Below, in pieces: positions 62,240-64,000 of a stretch of 64,000 nucleotides of DNA; position 1 is the stretch's first letter; every line of letters begins with the position of its first letter. A model generated the notes under the pieces. It made no database searches. It worked only from the letters and a program-made list of their open reading frames with translations, and was not told the DNA's origin. The stretch comes from Amoebidium appalachense (Eukaryota; Protista; Ichthyosporea): contig CAVNZM010000001.1 of the NCBI GenBank assembly GCA_963693365.1, positions 990,054 to 1,054,053 on the forward strand. Reading direction: 5' to 3'. Made by a program: the position numbers and the translations under genes.

Positions 62240-63203
62240 TGTAAAATTATATAAGTATTTGGGACGTTAGCAGAGACACAGTGGTGCAGTGTGAAAACAC
62301 CACAAACACACAACGAAACACGGAACGATCGGAGCAGTGTACACAACAGACATCAATGTTTAGACACGACTGAACTCAATTTATTTTGATCTCGCATAAA
62401 TACCTGAAATTCCCTTAAGTCAAATCCATACATGATTTCCGACTGGTCGGAAATCAGATCTATGTCTAAAATAGCCAATCACAATTAACTGATTATTTCC
62501 CGGATATTTCCGGAATATGTAAATACTACGTATTACAACATCCCCACTTAAAACTTTGAAGTTTGTGTTATCACATCCCCACTGAACTAGTGAAATCTCC
62601 CAACTTGAGAACAGAAACGAAAAAAAATAAATTAAAGTGTGCACTTTTCCGGGGGGGGGGGGGGGGGGGGGGGAGGGGAGGGGGGGGAGGGGGGGGGGGG
62701 GGAAGGGGGGGGGGGGGGGGGGAAGGGGGGGGGGGGGGAAGGGGGCGGGGAAGGGGGGGGGGGGGGGGGGGGAAGGGGGGGGGGGAGGAACCGGGGCAAA
62801 AAAAACAAAAGAGATGTATAACGTTTATGGTCGGGGTGTGACTAACTGGGTTTGAAACCAGTGAAAGATAGAGTAGAATCGCGATACAGGTCAAACCATA
62901 TATAAAAACCCTAAGTGGGCATAACCACAAAGGCAATATACATATGAAATAATGGTGGTGGTAAACTAAGTAGTAATCATTCCAGCCGGGAGGCAGTGTA
63001 GATGCATCTGCTGTCCAGGGCCCCAGCTGTAGTAGAAGACCACACGGGAAGTAAGACGGTTCAATCGACAATGTCCGGCACACAAAGTCGGGCACGATGG
63101 GTGACGTGACTCGGGCCAGGGAGGGGCTTGGTGAGGATGTCGGCCAAGTTGTGGGCTGACTCGACGTAATGGACAACAACATCCCCACTGGCAATGTAGT
63201 CTT
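62240..63203 (-). mobile_element. Family A 3' fragment: internally deleted LTR (62240-62540), PPT, 3' UTR, RNase H end
   Basis: Homology to 48015-49485. Confidence 0.88.
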
Positions 63204-63325
63204 TGGGGGGGGGGGGGGAGGGGGGAAGGGGGGAAGGGGGGTGGGGAGAGGGGGGGGGGGGGAAAGGGGGGGGGGGAAGGGGGGGGGGGGGGGGGGGGGG
63301 AGAGGGAAAAAAAAAACAAAAAAAA

Positions 63326-63461
63326 CCCTGAGTTCAACCGCCTCATCGAAGACTACCACTTCGGTGATAAGATGTTCCCCGACTTCGAGTCCCTGCACAA
63401 CCACATCAAGGGCATCGAGTTACGTCAAGACCTCAAGATGCAACTCCGGAACAACCGTGCC
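63326..63461 (+). pseudogene. Family A gag fragment in opposite orientation
   Basis: PEFNRLIEDYHFGDKMFPDFESLHNH matches 53060-53195 (-). Confidence 0.85.
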
Positions 63462-63553
63462 TGTTGGAATACGTCACCATGTATGACAGCAAGAGCCTTG
63501 AAGTATGTATGTGTCTTAGCTTGTTTGTATTCGTGTCTGCTTTCCTTCTTTGT

Positions 63554-63644
<91 letters not shown>

Positions 63645-64000
63645 TATCTCTCTCTCCCTTGTTTCCGTGAGCACAGATATCTGTAGATCTGTGCACACCT
63701 GGCTCTCTTGCCTGATAAGAACTTATTGTATTTTATTTCTGTTTGCTCTCCTCTGTTTATCTGAGAGGTAGCGTGATTGGCTAGCCACACTCGTTGTCTT
63801 TCCTTTATTTCAAAATGGCTTAGTTTTGTTCTCAAAAGGATGGCTCGCCAATAGTCGCGAGCGAGTACATCTGTAGATCGTGTTGTGCATTCCTGTCTAT
63901 TAATATATGTGTGTTGTGATTGGACAATAGATATATATGGAATTCGGTTTATTGGAAAGTGTCTTCACTTTGAGAGTGTCGACTATTAGGAAATATATGT
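63462..64000 (+). repeat. Family C LTR, cut by window edge
   Basis: Starts TGTTGGAATACG; reverse complement of 25735-26270. Confidence 0.92.

Overview
Eukaryotic, retrotransposon-saturated region. About 56 kb is a nest of Ty1/copia LTR elements and Ngaro/PAT-type tyrosine-recombinase (YR) retroelements. The copia-type LTR families are named here A, A2, B, C and D, and many have clear 5-bp TSDs. The YR elements have split direct repeats and all lack RT/RNase H. The nest also holds a decayed LINE RT, a 3x ~4.16-kb tandem array and a 2x ~6-kb tandem copia. One near-complete copia lies at 48015-54741 (-). One intron-containing host gene, a GT31-like glycosyltransferase, lies at 57171-60198 (-). 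The standout is a 659-bp TRIM-like element (21051-21709) with two 289-bp LTRs, an iMet-type PBS, a PPT and a TSD. Each of its LTRs carries a complete tRNA-Phe-derived cloverleaf with intact Pol III boxes, making it a tRNA analogue of the 5S-carrying Cassandra TRIMs. All calls were made by eye; family names are local labels and the organism cannot be identified.
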